A DNA stretch of 64,000 nucleotides from an uncultured Clostridia bacterium (lineage in GTDB: Bacteria; Bacillota; Limnochordia; Darwinibacteriales; Darwinibacteriaceae). The notes below the pieces were generated by a model that did no database searches, was not told the origin of the DNA, and worked only from the letters and a program-made list of their open reading frames with translations. This document shows positions 49,504-60,399 of this stretch, piece after piece. Both the position numbers and the translations under genes were made by a program. The stretch spans positions 5,576 to 69,575 of the forward strand of contig FIZK01000006.1 of NCBI GenBank assembly GCA_900018335.1, in the 5' to 3' direction. Each line of letters opens with the position of its first letter. Position 1 is the first letter of the stretch.

Positions 49504-50856
49504 ATGAACCAGCACATACACCTTATTGGTATCGGTGGGACGGGCATGGGCCCGCTAGCCAAGGTCTTTTTGGAGATGGGTCACAAAGTTAGTGGTTCTG
49601 ATCTTCAACCTTCAGAGACCACCGATTATTTAATGAAACTAGGAGCGACAGTATACTTCAACCATTCCGCCGCGAATGTAAACGGAGCTACGCGAGTTAT
49701 CTACTCCAGTGCCATTCCCGTACAGAATCCGGAAATGGTTGCGGCCCGTCAAAAAGGCATTGACGTGCTGCATCGCTCTGAGGTCCTGGCGCAGCTGCTG
49801 AACAGCCGCAGGGGAATAGCTGTGAGCGGTGCCCACGGGAAGACCACCGTAACGTCCATGATTGCCCTCTGTCTAGAGATGGCAGGCACAGATCCTACTG
49901 TGCTTATTGGCGCGCATTTCGCGCCCTTTGGTCCGGGGGCCAAGTATGGGCGCGGCGATTTTGTGGTCGCGGAAGCCGATGAGAGTGATGGTTCTTTCCT
50001 GCGCTATCGTCCAGAGGTATCTGTGGTGACCAGCATTGAAGCGGATCATCTCGAGAACTACAACGGGACTTTTGAGTCTCTGATCGCCAGCTATCGGCGG
50101 TTTCTGAGCAACTTGAAGCCCGGTGGTCTGCGCTTGATCGGAATAGACCATCCCGTGGCAGCTTCCATCAGCCAGGAGTATGAATGCGTCACATATGGTT
50201 TTTCGCCAGATGCGCAGTGGCGCGCTGAAGTACTCCATTTGGAGCAGGAAAGATCTGCCTTTAGAGTGTTCCGGCACGGGGAGTTCTACGCCGATTTCGT
50301 GCTCAACGTTCCCGGGCGCCACAACATATCCAATGCCCTAGCCTGCATCATTGTGTGCCATCATGCGGGATTGACTGTGCAGGAGATGCAGCAGGCTCTC
50401 CGCCGTTTCACCGGGGCCAAGCGGCGGTTTGAAATCTTGGGTACGAGCCACGGGGCGTTGGTGGTGGATGACTACGCCCATCATCCCACGGAGGTTGCCG
50501 CTGTGATCAAGGCGGCCAAAGAAGGATGGCCTTCCAGGCGTATAGTGGCGGTTTTTCAGCCCCACCGCTACTCCAGGACGAAACTTCTGTTTGAGGAGTT
50601 TGTACAGGCATTTCGCGAAGCAGATGTGGTGATCATTACCGACATCTACGCTCCGCCTCCTGAAAAGCCCATTGCTAACGTGAGCGCAGCTGTCTTGGCT
50701 GAGCGTGTCCGTGAATGCAACGCTCCTAAGAATGTGTACCACATTCCTCGGCAGGAGGATGTGGTGCCCTTTTTGCGGGACTGGCTCACGGCGCGGGATC
50801 TGGTCTTGGTGATGGGCGCAGGGCCCATCTCACGGGTTGCCCATGAGTTAGTTTAG
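49504..50856 (+). CDS. murC: UDP-N-acetylmuramate--L-alanine ligase
   Basis: IHLIGIGGTGMGPLA Rossmann motif and GAHGKTTVTSM P-loop; 450 aa; located away from the dcw cluster. Confidence 0.9.
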   Translation: MNQHIHLIGIGGTGMGPLAKVFLEMGHKVSGSDLQPSETTDYLMKLGATVYFNHSAANVNGATRVIYSSAIPVQNPEMVAARQKGIDVLHRSEVLAQLLNSRRGIAVSGAHGKTTVTSMIALCLEMAGTDPTVLIGAHFAPFGPGAKYGRGDFVVAEADESDGSFLRYRPEVSVVTSIEADHLENYNGTFESLIASYRRFLSNLKPGGLRLIGIDHPVAASISQEYECVTYGFSPDAQWRAEVLHLEQERSAFRVFRHGEFYADFVLNVPGRHNISNALACIIVCHHAGLTVQEMQQALRRFTGAKRRFEILGTSHGALVVDDYAHHPTEVAAVIKAAKEGWPSRRIVAVFQPHRYSRTKLLFEEFVQAFREADVVIITDIYAPPPEKPIANVSAAVLAERVRECNAPKNVYHIPRQEDVVPFLRDWLTARDLVLVMGAGPISRVAHELV

Positions 50857-51714
50857 CTCACTCAGGTTGGCGATGGGGTCGTAGCTTAAGGTCTTAGTTC
50901 GCTCACGGCCTTGGGCGCCTACAACCACAAGGCGGTAGCGAAAAAGGGGGACGTAAAGTAGAGCCCCCCTCAGCGCGCTAATGGACAAAACGGGCTTCAG
51001 TCTTCTGTGCAGCTCTTGGCGCTTGGCCTCGAACTCCTGCGCAGAGGGTTTCCCCTGGAAGAACGATTGGAGCTTGGTTTCTTCCTGAGCGATCTTTTCC
51101 AGGGCCTGCTCTGCCCAGGATTGCTCTTGTTGGGCGAACGCCTGACTGATGTGCGCGGCAGCGTTGAGGTAAGCTGCCTTCAGGCTACACTTCCGCCTGG
51201 TAATCAGGTTCGATTCCACGCCTCCCCCTTGCAGAAGGTGGGTGGGGAAGGGGAACTTCAAAACCTCGCCAGAAGAGAGATTCACCACCACAGAGTGGAG
51301 AGTCTCTTTTTTTTGCAGTCCTTTGGCTGCGGCCGCAAGCTCGAGCTGCAGGTACTGCCCAAAAAGGTAAGAACTGGTGAGCACGTAAGCCCGCTCTCCT
51401 GGTTCAAAACTAGTGAGGATCCGCCTGCGTATGGAAGGTTCGTGAAAGAAGTGGTGGGGGATGTGGGCATGGCTGAGGACGCCCTGCCTGCGGATGAGCT
51501 GCAGGATGCTGTTCAGCCGATAGCTGCCTGGACTGATCAAGTCGGCTCCGTAGGCGGCAGCCAGGTCTTCCTCAAAGGTGAACTGCAGCAGACGGCCTTG
51601 GGCGCGCCAGCCGTCAAGTTCCTTCATGAGGGCATCGTCTGCCCTGACCTGCCAGACGCCCCGGCGGATTTCCACCGGCACCAGTCCGCAGAGTCTAAAG
51701 AAGTCAAACACCAA
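50848..51714 (-). CDS. hypothetical protein co-transcribed with an SNF2 helicase (possibly YqhG-like)
   Basis: 288-aa ORF starting 5 nt after the helicase stop; no recognisable catalytic motifs. Bacillus pairs the YqhH SNF2 helicase with YqhG. Confidence 0.4.
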   Translation of the reverse strand: MVFDFFRLCGLVPVEIRRGVWQVRADDALMKELDGWRAQGRLLQFTFEEDLAAAYGADLISPGSYRLNSILQLIRRQGVLSHAHIPHHFFHEPSIRRRILTSFEPGERAYVLTSSYLFGQYLQLELAAAAKGLQKKETLHSVVVNLSSGEVLKFPFPTHLLQGGGVESNLITRRKCSLKAAYLNAAAHISQAFAQQEQSWAEQALEKIAQEETKLQSFFQGKPSAQEFEAKRQELHRRLKPVLSISALRGALLYVPLFRYRLVVVGAQGRERTKTLSYDPIANLSELN

Positions 51715-51719
51715 GCGCT

Positions 51720-53408
51720 CTATAGCAATCCCTCCCAGGAGGACGCCCTGAGTTCTTCCCGCCCCTGCAGAATCTTCTGGGCCAGTTCATCCAAGTCTTT
51801 TTGGATTTTCTCCGTCTCTTCATGGGCCAAGAAAATCTTCATGATCTCGCTTTCGAAGGATTTACCCAGATTGAGGTGGAGTAGGATGGCGTCGAGTTCG
51901 CCGATGATGGATTCAAACATGTTGATCTTCTGATGCAGTAGGTACATGATATGTTCTTCCACCGTGCCCTTGGTAATAAGGTTATAAATGTGGACATCTC
52001 GGGTCTGGCCCAGTCGGTGCACCCGGCCAATACGCTGCTCCAGGCGCATGGGGTTCCAGGGCAGATCGAAGTTGACCACCTGGTTGCAGAACTGGAAGTT
52101 GAGCCCTTCTCCCCCAGACTCAGTGCTGACCAGGAACTGGGCATCCTGTTGAAACAGGTGGCGGACCCACTGCTTTTTGCCCCTGGAGAGGCTGCCGTCG
52201 AAGGCCAAGGTTCGGTAACCAGCCTTTTCCAGCCTGTAGCGGATGTATTCTTGTGACGCTCTGTATTCGGTGAAAATGATGGCCTTGTCTTGGAACTGGG
52301 AAACAAGGCGTTCCAAAGCATCACATTTGCTGTTCTGCTTCACTTTCGCGAGATCTTTGAGCAGAGTCGCGGCGCGCTCCAAATCGGGCCGCGGTAGGCC
52401 AGCCATCATCTTTTCCAGTGTTAAGGCCACGGCGAGGAACGATGAGCAAACTTCGCGCTGGAGGGTGATCAGGGGAAGCATATTGCTCAGACCGGACCTC
52501 CTGCCCTGGGCCTTGATAAACTCTGTCACCCGGTCGTAGATTTCCTGTTCTTTGGGGCCTAGAGTGACGATGATGGGGTGGACGATGCGCTCCGTGAATC
52601 TGACCTGTCCTTCCTCGCGCCGATTGCGGATCATCACTTCCTTCAGCAATGTCTTGAGCTCACTGGGGTTTTTCGGAGTCCGTTTGTCTGCCATAAAGCG
52701 GCTTTTGAAGGATTGATAGCTGCCCAGTTGACCGGGTTTGATCAACCCAATGAGGTTGTAGAGCTCCTTCAGGTCATTTTGCACGGGCGTCGCTGTGAGC
52801 ATTAGGCAGTACTTCTTCTGAATGGCGTTCACCAAACGGTAGCTGGCCGTGGAGCTGTTCTTGAGTTTATGGGCTTCGTCAACGATAAGCAAGTCATAGA
52901 CAATACTGGTGACTATGGAGGAGTGGGGCTCGCGTTTGGCGGTGTCGATGGAGGCGATCAGAACATCCGCAAAGTTCCAATCCCATTGAGTGCGCTGTAT
53001 GCCCGCTGCTATCCCGAACTTTTCATAGAGCTCTTGGTACCACTGCCAGACCAGGTTCGCGGGGGTGAGGATCAATACCTTTTTGGCCAGTCCCCGCAGC
53101 ATGTACTCTTTCAGAATAAGGCCGGCCTCGATTGTTTTGCCCAAACCCACTTCATCGGCTAAGATGGCCTGTCCGTGCATTTCGTGGATCACTCTCTCCG
53201 CTGTTCGAATCTGGTGCTCATAGGGCACTACTCCCACCTGTGACCAGCGTTCCCTTAAATTTTCCAGGGCGATCAACCCCGAAGCCTGGTTTTGAACAGC
53301 AGCGAGCTCGTCGGCGCGTCGTGCCAATTGATACCAATCCCAGGTGTCGAATCGGCTGGCGCGCAACTCAGCGATGATGTGTCTATACCCGTCAGCCAGG
53401 ACTTCCAC
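51720..53408 (-). CDS. SNF2/RapA-family DEAD-like helicase (YqhH-like)
   Basis: Motifs I (LADEVGLGKT), II (DEAH in LLIVDEAHKLKN), III, and C-terminal helicase motifs (GGEGLNFQ, RIGRVHRLGQTRDV). The ORF extends to ATG 53687, but the first ~93 codons are low-complexity and not helicase-like; GTG 53408 gives about 562 aa, the size of Bacillus YqhH. Confidence 0.75.
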   Translation of the reverse strand: MEVLADGYRHIIAELRASRFDTWDWYQLARRADELAAVQNQASGLIALENLRERWSQVGVVPYEHQIRTAERVIHEMHGQAILADEVGLGKTIEAGLILKEYMLRGLAKKVLILTPANLVWQWYQELYEKFGIAAGIQRTQWDWNFADVLIASIDTAKREPHSSIVTSIVYDLLIVDEAHKLKNSSTASYRLVNAIQKKYCLMLTATPVQNDLKELYNLIGLIKPGQLGSYQSFKSRFMADKRTPKNPSELKTLLKEVMIRNRREEGQVRFTERIVHPIIVTLGPKEQEIYDRVTEFIKAQGRRSGLSNMLPLITLQREVCSSFLAVALTLEKMMAGLPRPDLERAATLLKDLAKVKQNSKCDALERLVSQFQDKAIIFTEYRASQEYIRYRLEKAGYRTLAFDGSLSRGKKQWVRHLFQQDAQFLVSTESGGEGLNFQFCNQVVNFDLPWNPMRLEQRIGRVHRLGQTRDVHIYNLITKGTVEEHIMYLLHQKINMFESIIGELDAILLHLNLGKSFESEIMKIFLAHEETEKIQKDLDELAQKILQGREELRASSWEGLL

Positions 53409-53681
53409 ATGGAAGCGTTCACAGGGAAACTCTCGCAGGATTGCTGAACCGTCTTTTCGTGACCAAGGACCGGACGTGTGGGCGAAAAACGGAAGCAAAT
53501 GGCCACCCCCTCTACACGATCCTTCCCTGTGTGCCCCATTCCTATGAGAATAAGTAGTGATGGTCAGTTTTGCTCCATAGCAGGATTTTTCGTCTTTAAC
53601 TAGAATAGTAGTTGAGACGTCTGGCAGACTCCAGAAGCGTCGCCCGGATATTTCTGGGTAATTGAGGAGGTAGAAGGTGTA

Positions 53682-54650
53682 ATGCATCGATATATCTTAC
53701 GGAGACTTATCTATGTCATTCCAATGCTTCTGGGTATCTCGTCGCTCAGCTTCTTCATCATGCAGCTAGCTCCCGGCGATGCCCTGACAACGATGGCTCT
53801 CAGTCCCGACGTTACTGAAGAGATCATGGAAGCGATGAGGGCCCGTTTCTGGCTGGATCAGCCTCCGTATAAACAGTTCTTCCGCTGGATCACCCAATTG
53901 CTCAGGGGCGATATGGGTCACTCATTCCTATGGCATGCCCCGGTGACCTGGGTAATCAAGCAGCGCGTGTTCAACAGTATGCTGTTGACAGTTGTTTCGC
54001 TGATCGTTGCCTGGGCGCTGGCAATTCCCATCGGGATACACTCTGCTGTTAACCAGTATTCCTGGAGCGACAAGCTGCTCACCTTTTTTGCCTTCATTGG
54101 CGTTTCTATCCCCAACTGGTTTTTGGGTCTGCTGCTCTTGTACTTGAACCTGACCAGGGGATGGGGACTGCCCATAGGCGGCATGACCAGCATCGATTTC
54201 GCGGAGTTCACGTTCTGGGAAAAAGCGGTGGACTTGGCCAGGCACATGGTTCTGCCGGTGATCGTGCTCAGTACCGGTACACTGGCCAGCCTCATGCGCT
54301 ATATGCGTTCCAATCTCTTGGACGTTCTGCGCCAGGACTATGTAACCACTGCCCGGGCGAAAGGTCTGGCTGAACGGGTCGTGATTTACAAGCACGCCGT
54401 GCGCAACGCCATCAATCCCCTCATTACCATTTTTGGGTTTCAGCTGGGGGGAATTCTAGGCGGAGCATCGCTTACCGAGATTGTCATGAACTGGCCGGGG
54501 ATTGGCAGTTTGATGCTCAATGCGGTACAGGGTCAAGACTACTATCTGGTCATGGGCAACTTGGTGATCGGCGCAATCATGCTCATCATAGGCAACCTTA
54601 CAGCTGACCTTTTACTAGCTGCGAGCGATCCGCGGATCCGGTACGAGTGA
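53682..54650 (+). CDS. ABC transporter permease, OppB/DppB family
   Basis: 6-TM permease with the EAA-like loop (YVTTARAKGLAERVVIYKHAVRNA); 322 aa. Confidence 0.85.
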   Translation: MHRYILRRLIYVIPMLLGISSLSFFIMQLAPGDALTTMALSPDVTEEIMEAMRARFWLDQPPYKQFFRWITQLLRGDMGHSFLWHAPVTWVIKQRVFNSMLLTVVSLIVAWALAIPIGIHSAVNQYSWSDKLLTFFAFIGVSIPNWFLGLLLLYLNLTRGWGLPIGGMTSIDFAEFTFWEKAVDLARHMVLPVIVLSTGTLASLMRYMRSNLLDVLRQDYVTTARAKGLAERVVIYKHAVRNAINPLITIFGFQLGGILGGASLTEIVMNWPGIGSLMLNAVQGQDYYLVMGNLVIGAIMLIIGNLTADLLLAASDPRIRYE

Positions 54651-54663
54651 GGGGGATAGTACA

Positions 54664-55782
54664 ATGGCTAAGACCAATCTAGAAAACAATCAAGCAGAAT
54701 TTGGCGGCAATGGCGGCGCGCTTCGTTCACCCTGGAAAATGGCCTGGCGCAAACTGCGGCGGCATAGACTGGCGCTGGCCGGCATGTGGGTGCTCATATT
54801 CCTTCATATTTTCGCCATCTTCGCAGACTTTTTCGCGCCCTACAGCGAGGTTACGACGGATCGCAGGCGGACCTATCATCCGCCCACCAAGATTCACATT
54901 TTCCACGAAGGCAAACTGGTGAGACCCTTCGTCTACGCCTACAATCGAGTTGATACACTGCGCAACATCTATGAAGAAGATACGTCCACCATGTATCCCA
55001 TCCGCTTCTTCGTCCGTGGTGATAAGTACAACTTCTTGGGGATCGAGTCTGATCTTCGTCTGTTCGGGGTCGACGCACCCGCCAAGATTTACCTGTTCGG
55101 TGCAGACCGTTACGGCCGGGACATTTTCTCCCGCTTGGCCTATGGGGGCAGGCGTTCGCTGTTCATCGGGATTATCGGCCTCGTGATCAGTATGTCCATC
55201 GGCCTGATCTACGGAGGTGTTTCCGGTTACTTCGGAGGTTGGGTTGATAACATTATGATGCGGATCGCGGAGATCATCATCTCCATACCCAGCTTCTACC
55301 TACTCTTGGCGTTAAGTGCAGTGCTTCCGCCCAACATACCTTCGGACACGCGGTTTATGCTGATCACTGCTATCCTGGGGTTCATCGGTTGGGCAGGGCT
55401 AGCCAGGGTAATCAGGGGCATGGTTCTTTCCATCGCCAAAAGTGAGTTTGTGGCCGGGGCAGAGGCCATAGGCGCATCTCAGCCGCGCATCATCATCAGG
55501 CACATTTTGCCCAATACCATGAGCTACGTGATTGTCAACGCGACCCTGTCCATTCCAGGATTTATCCTCTCAGAATCGGGGTTGAGTTTCATCGGGGTTG
55601 GTATTCAGCATCCGGTGGCCAGTTGGGGCAACATGCTTTCCGAAGCATTGAACTTGTCTTCACTGACCCGCTACCCATGGCTTTTAGTTCCAGGCTTCTT
55701 CATCTTCATCACCGTGCTGTGTTACAGCTTCTTCGGCGACGGAGTGAGGGACGCGCTGGATCCCAGAAGCCGAACTGTATAG
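54664..55782 (+). CDS. ABC transporter permease, OppC/DppC family
   Basis: OppC-type N-terminal extension and a permease core; 372 aa. Confidence 0.85.
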   Translation: MAKTNLENNQAEFGGNGGALRSPWKMAWRKLRRHRLALAGMWVLIFLHIFAIFADFFAPYSEVTTDRRRTYHPPTKIHIFHEGKLVRPFVYAYNRVDTLRNIYEEDTSTMYPIRFFVRGDKYNFLGIESDLRLFGVDAPAKIYLFGADRYGRDIFSRLAYGGRRSLFIGIIGLVISMSIGLIYGGVSGYFGGWVDNIMMRIAEIIISIPSFYLLLALSAVLPPNIPSDTRFMLITAILGFIGWAGLARVIRGMVLSIAKSEFVAGAEAIGASQPRIIIRHILPNTMSYVIVNATLSIPGFILSESGLSFIGVGIQHPVASWGNMLSEALNLSSLTRYPWLLVPGFFIFITVLCYSFFGDGVRDALDPRSRTV

Positions 55783-55800
55783 CATGCCTGAAGCGCTGCG

Positions 55801-55830
55801 GGGTGGGATTCCGATTCCACCCTATTTTAC
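55801..55830 (+). terminator. terminator-like hairpin between the permease genes and the binding-protein gene
   Basis: GGGTGGGATTCCGATTCCACCC stem-loop followed by TATTTTAC; sits at the start of an unusually long 300-bp intergenic gap. Confidence 0.3.
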
Positions 55831-56083
55831 CTGGTGGGTGTTGTGTCGTGTAGGTAAAAGGGGTTAATTCCCGGTTTCAGCCAATAAAGTATCAGTTCTT
55901 TAGCAGGACAAAGGGCTTCTCGGTCGTATTATACTAAATATCTCGGCTCGACGATTTTGGCAGCTTGAGCTGAAAATCTCATTGAATTTCGTAGGGAAGG
56001 AGTAGTGATATCGCTCAAAGAGGGGAGGTACACCATCAGTCGCTTTTTTTAGAAATCATTAAGAGGGGGAATAGGACAAAACC

Positions 56084-57814
56084 ATGAAGAGACACATTTT
56101 CGTCTGGACGCTGCTTTTGGCACTGGTCGTCAGTGCTGGAGTAGCAAGCGCTGTGGAGTTGTTGGATCCGAGGATTATGAACCTCGAAAGTGACTTTGGC
56201 ATGGTTGTGGGTCAGTACGGCGGTACCATGACCGTTCACGGCGGCGCGAGCGGTCCCAAGACCTTCAACCCGCACCGTGCAGCTGAGACTTCCAGTACCG
56301 ACGTAACCGATCGCCTTTTTGAGGGTCTCGTTACCCTGCACCGCGATTCAGGTTTGGTCATGCCCAAGCTGGCGCGGGACTATGAGATCAGTGAAGATGG
56401 TACCGAAGTAACATTCTATCTGCGCCGCGGAGTGCAGTGGCATGACGGTACTGAGTTCACCGCCGACGACGTCATCTTCACCTTCGACGTAGTCTATGAC
56501 CCGGCAGTGGGCTCCAACTCCAGAACTGGTCTGCTCATCGACGGTCAGCCCATGACCTATGAGAAGATCGACAAGTATACGGTGAAGTTCACCCTGCCTC
56601 GTCCGCATGCTCCAATTATGTTCAGCATCGGAACCCCCATCGTTCCTGTGCATCTGTTAGGTGAGGCTCACAAAGAAGGCCGCTACCACGAGATGTGGGG
56701 TCTGGAGACTCCCCTCGAGGAGATCGTAGGTACCGGTGCCTGGAGGATTTCGTCTTACCGCATCGACCAAGAGCTCATCCTGGTCAGGAACGACAACTAC
56801 TACGAGTTTGACGAAGCTGGCAACCGCCTGCCTTACTTGAACAGGGTTATCTTCCGCTACTATCCAAGCTCGGATACGGCGACCCTGGCGTTCTTCAACG
56901 GTGAGTTTGACTACATCGGCATTCCGGCCAACCAGTATCCTGAGTATGTGGATCGGGAGCCCTTCAGCCGCTGGAGCATCCTCACGGCAGGTCCTAACCC
57001 TGGCACAAGCTTCATCGTGCTGAACCAGAACCCCAACGCTGTGCCTGAGCCCAAGCTGTCCTGGTTCACCGATAAGAACTTCCGTCAGGCCATTGCCCAC
57101 GCAGTGGACAAAGAGACCATCCTCGACATGGCCATGAACGGTATGGGCTACATCCAAGACAGCCCCATCAACATGCGGAACGAGTTCTTCTTGAAGAAGG
57201 ATCTCAAGACCTATCCGTATGATCTGGACGCTGCCCATGAGAAACTGGAAGCTGCCGGCTACAAGCTCGGTGCTGACGGTGTCCGCCGTGACCCGCAGGG
57301 TAACCCCATTGAGTTTGACCTGATCACCAACCCAGGTGTACCCATCAGGCAGATCGTGGGCGAGCTCTTCCAGGAAGACCTTGCGGCTCTGGGCATCAAG
57401 GTGAACTTCTACCAGATCGACTTCAACGTCGTGGTTGAGAAGTTGACCGACACCTTTGAATGGGATGCTATCATCATCGGCCTCACCGGCACCTTCGATC
57501 CTAACGGCGGTTCCAACGTATGGCTCTCCAGCGGTAACCTGCACATGTGGTATCCGTATCAAGAGACGCCAGCCACGGATTGGGAAGCCCGCATTGACGA
57601 AGTCTGGCGCGAAGCTCAAAGAGCTATGGATCCAGAGGTTCGCCGTCAATGGTACTTCGAGTTCCAGGACATCGTAGCTGAGAACGTACCGCTCTTCTAC
57701 ACCGTAACTTCCGAGAATATGGTTGCGGTACGTGATCACCTGATCAACGCTATTCCGGACGGCGTAGGCGGTTCGGTTGGCAGCGCTTGGAACTACATCT
57801 GGATCGACAGGTAG
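56084..57814 (+). CDS. ABC transporter substrate-binding protein, family 5 (oligopeptide/nickel type)
   Basis: Signal peptide MKRHIFVWTLLLALVVSAGVASA; SBP_bac_5 conservation; 576 aa. Confidence 0.85.
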   Translation: MKRHIFVWTLLLALVVSAGVASAVELLDPRIMNLESDFGMVVGQYGGTMTVHGGASGPKTFNPHRAAETSSTDVTDRLFEGLVTLHRDSGLVMPKLARDYEISEDGTEVTFYLRRGVQWHDGTEFTADDVIFTFDVVYDPAVGSNSRTGLLIDGQPMTYEKIDKYTVKFTLPRPHAPIMFSIGTPIVPVHLLGEAHKEGRYHEMWGLETPLEEIVGTGAWRISSYRIDQELILVRNDNYYEFDEAGNRLPYLNRVIFRYYPSSDTATLAFFNGEFDYIGIPANQYPEYVDREPFSRWSILTAGPNPGTSFIVLNQNPNAVPEPKLSWFTDKNFRQAIAHAVDKETILDMAMNGMGYIQDSPINMRNEFFLKKDLKTYPYDLDAAHEKLEAAGYKLGADGVRRDPQGNPIEFDLITNPGVPIRQIVGELFQEDLAALGIKVNFYQIDFNVVVEKLTDTFEWDAIIIGLTGTFDPNGGSNVWLSSGNLHMWYPYQETPATDWEARIDEVWREAQRAMDPEVRRQWYFEFQDIVAENVPLFYTVTSENMVAVRDHLINAIPDGVGGSVGSAWNYIWIDR

Positions 57815-57850
57815 TCCCAAGACAAAGAGTGCAAAAACAGAATAACTGAC

Positions 57851-57879
57851 GAGGCACCCCTTGGGGTGCCTCGTTTTTT
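57851..57879. terminator. bidirectional terminator between the convergent substrate-binding-protein gene and atpH
   Basis: GAGGCACCCC-ttgg-GGTGCCTC perfect hairpin followed by GTTTTTTG; A-rich on the opposite strand. Confidence 0.65.
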
Positions 57880-57961
57880 GGCTAAGAACGCCGCATGGGG
57901 CAGTTTCTATGTGCACAGAAAAAGCCCTGGTTTTCACCGGGGCTTTGCCTTCGTTTAGGGA

Positions 57962-58495
57962 CTAGCTGCTTAAGCTGTGGACAAACGTGTTCAGGCGATG
58001 TTTGACGCTGGCATCGAGAACCTTGCCATCCACCTGGATGATCAGCCCACCGCCAATGCCGGGGTCCACCTGGGTGCGCAGGAGCACTTTCTTTCCAGTA
58101 AGCTCGCTCAACTTATGCTGAAGTTGGACCTGCTCTTCCTGACTGAGCTCCAGGGCAGAGGTGACCTGGGCGATGGTGGTATTCTGGTCCTGCAAGACCA
58201 GACGCTCAAAGTCACGGTGCATGAGGGGGAGCAGCCCTTCTCGCCCCTTCTCCACAACCAGGAGGAGAAAGCTTTCCAGCAAATCCGAGAGCCCCATGAG
58301 GCGGACTAGCTCAACTTTGCGCTGCTGAGACGTGCGGGGATGGTAAAAAACCTTGTTGATGACAGGGTCCTGCAAAACAGTCAAGACTCCACTTAACTCT
58401 TTATGCAGTTCCGCGTGCCTTCCCCCTGCGGCCAAAAACAGCGCCTTGGCGTATCGGTTGGCGATCTGGGAATTCCTAGTAGTGTTCATGCTCAT
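57962..58495 (-). CDS. atpH: F0F1 ATP synthase subunit delta (OSCP)
   Basis: 177 aa, OSCP family (IANRYAKALF..., C-terminal GGLIIQVDGKVLDASV); overlaps atpF by 4 nt. Confidence 0.85.
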   Translation of the reverse strand: MSMNTTRNSQIANRYAKALFLAAGGRHAELHKELSGVLTVLQDPVINKVFYHPRTSQQRKVELVRLMGLSDLLESFLLLVVEKGREGLLPLMHRDFERLVLQDQNTTIAQVTSALELSQEEQVQLQHKLSELTGKKVLLRTQVDPGIGGGLIIQVDGKVLDASVKHRLNTFVHSLSS

Positions 58496-58989
58496 TGCAG
58501 ATGTCCTTTGTCCAGGTTATCCAGTTGACTGATGGTATCGGCAATCAGGCGCCGATGCTGCGCTGCATCAAGGGAATCATCGATGACCTTTGCAGCTAGC
58601 TGCACAGACAGCTCGCCCACCTGCTGTTTCAGCTCTGACCAGGCCTTGTCTTTTTCCAGTTGGATTTCCTTCTGAGCTCTGTCCAAAAGGGTCTTGGCCT
58701 CGGCCTTTGCTTCGGCCAGCAGTTTGGCTTGAGCCTGCTCAGCACGCTTAGTGGCTTCGTCGATGATTTGCCGCGCCTGCTGTCGGCTTTCCTGAGCCTG
58801 CTGTTCGAGCTTAAGGCGCAGGGCCTCTGCTGCCTTTTGGTTCTCTTCAGCGGTGCGGATCTGCTTCTCAATCTCAGCCGTGCGCTGATCCATGAAGCTG
58901 CGCACCGGTTTGTACAGCAGCTTGTAGAGGAGCAGCATCAGTAAGATGAAGTTGATGGTCTGAGCCACCAACAGGTTTTGGTCAATCAA
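58492..58989 (-). CDS. atpF: F0F1 ATP synthase subunit b
   Basis: N-terminal TM (TINFILLMLLLYKLL) followed by a long charged helix; 165 aa. Confidence 0.85.
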   Translation of the reverse strand: MIDQNLLVAQTINFILLMLLLYKLLYKPVRSFMDQRTAEIEKQIRTAEENQKAAEALRLKLEQQAQESRQQARQIIDEATKRAEQAQAKLLAEAKAEAKTLLDRAQKEIQLEKDKAWSELKQQVGELSVQLAAKVIDDSLDAAQHRRLIADTISQLDNLDKGHLQ

Positions 58990-59074
58990 CTTCAGTCACC
59001 CTTTGCAGCAAATCTGAACGTAAAAGGGAGGGTGCCTGAAAACGTAATCAGCGTTTTCCAGCACACCCCAGGTT

Positions 59075-60018
<944 letters not shown>

Positions 60019-60029
<11 letters not shown>

Positions 60030-60399
60030 CTTTGATCCTCCCTTGCAGCATGTGGTAGACAATGGCCAGCCTGGGCATGAGCAGTCCAAAAAAGGCAGCC
60101 AAGTAGTTCAAATGGGGACTTGCCGCCGCCGCCCCAAGGGTGGCAGCGTAAAGGGCGCAGCGTTTGAGAAAAGACTTCCTGTTGAAGCGGGATACATCGC
60201 GCTTGGAGAGCCTTACAGTTCGAGCTAGCTGCAGCAGTCGCGTAGCATCGATAATCATCAACCTCAGCGTCAGCACACTCATGAGCCCTCCCAAAAGGAG
60301 GCCCAGTGCCGCCTGCGGCTTAACGACCGCGATTCCTGCCGCCAGCAGGAAGGTGAGGACTGCCGTGGTACGAACAACGTCAACTTCGTTAAACATCAT
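60019..60399 (-). CDS. atpI: ATP synthase protein I (AtpI)
   Basis: 126-aa hydrophobic protein in the canonical position upstream of atpB. Confidence 0.65.

Noticed and set aside
53409-53687. The first 93 codons of the SNF2 helicase ORF as real coding sequence.
   Set aside because: The sequence is not protein-like and the length exceeds Bacillus YqhH by about 95 aa; the GTG 53408 start is preferred, though this is unproven.
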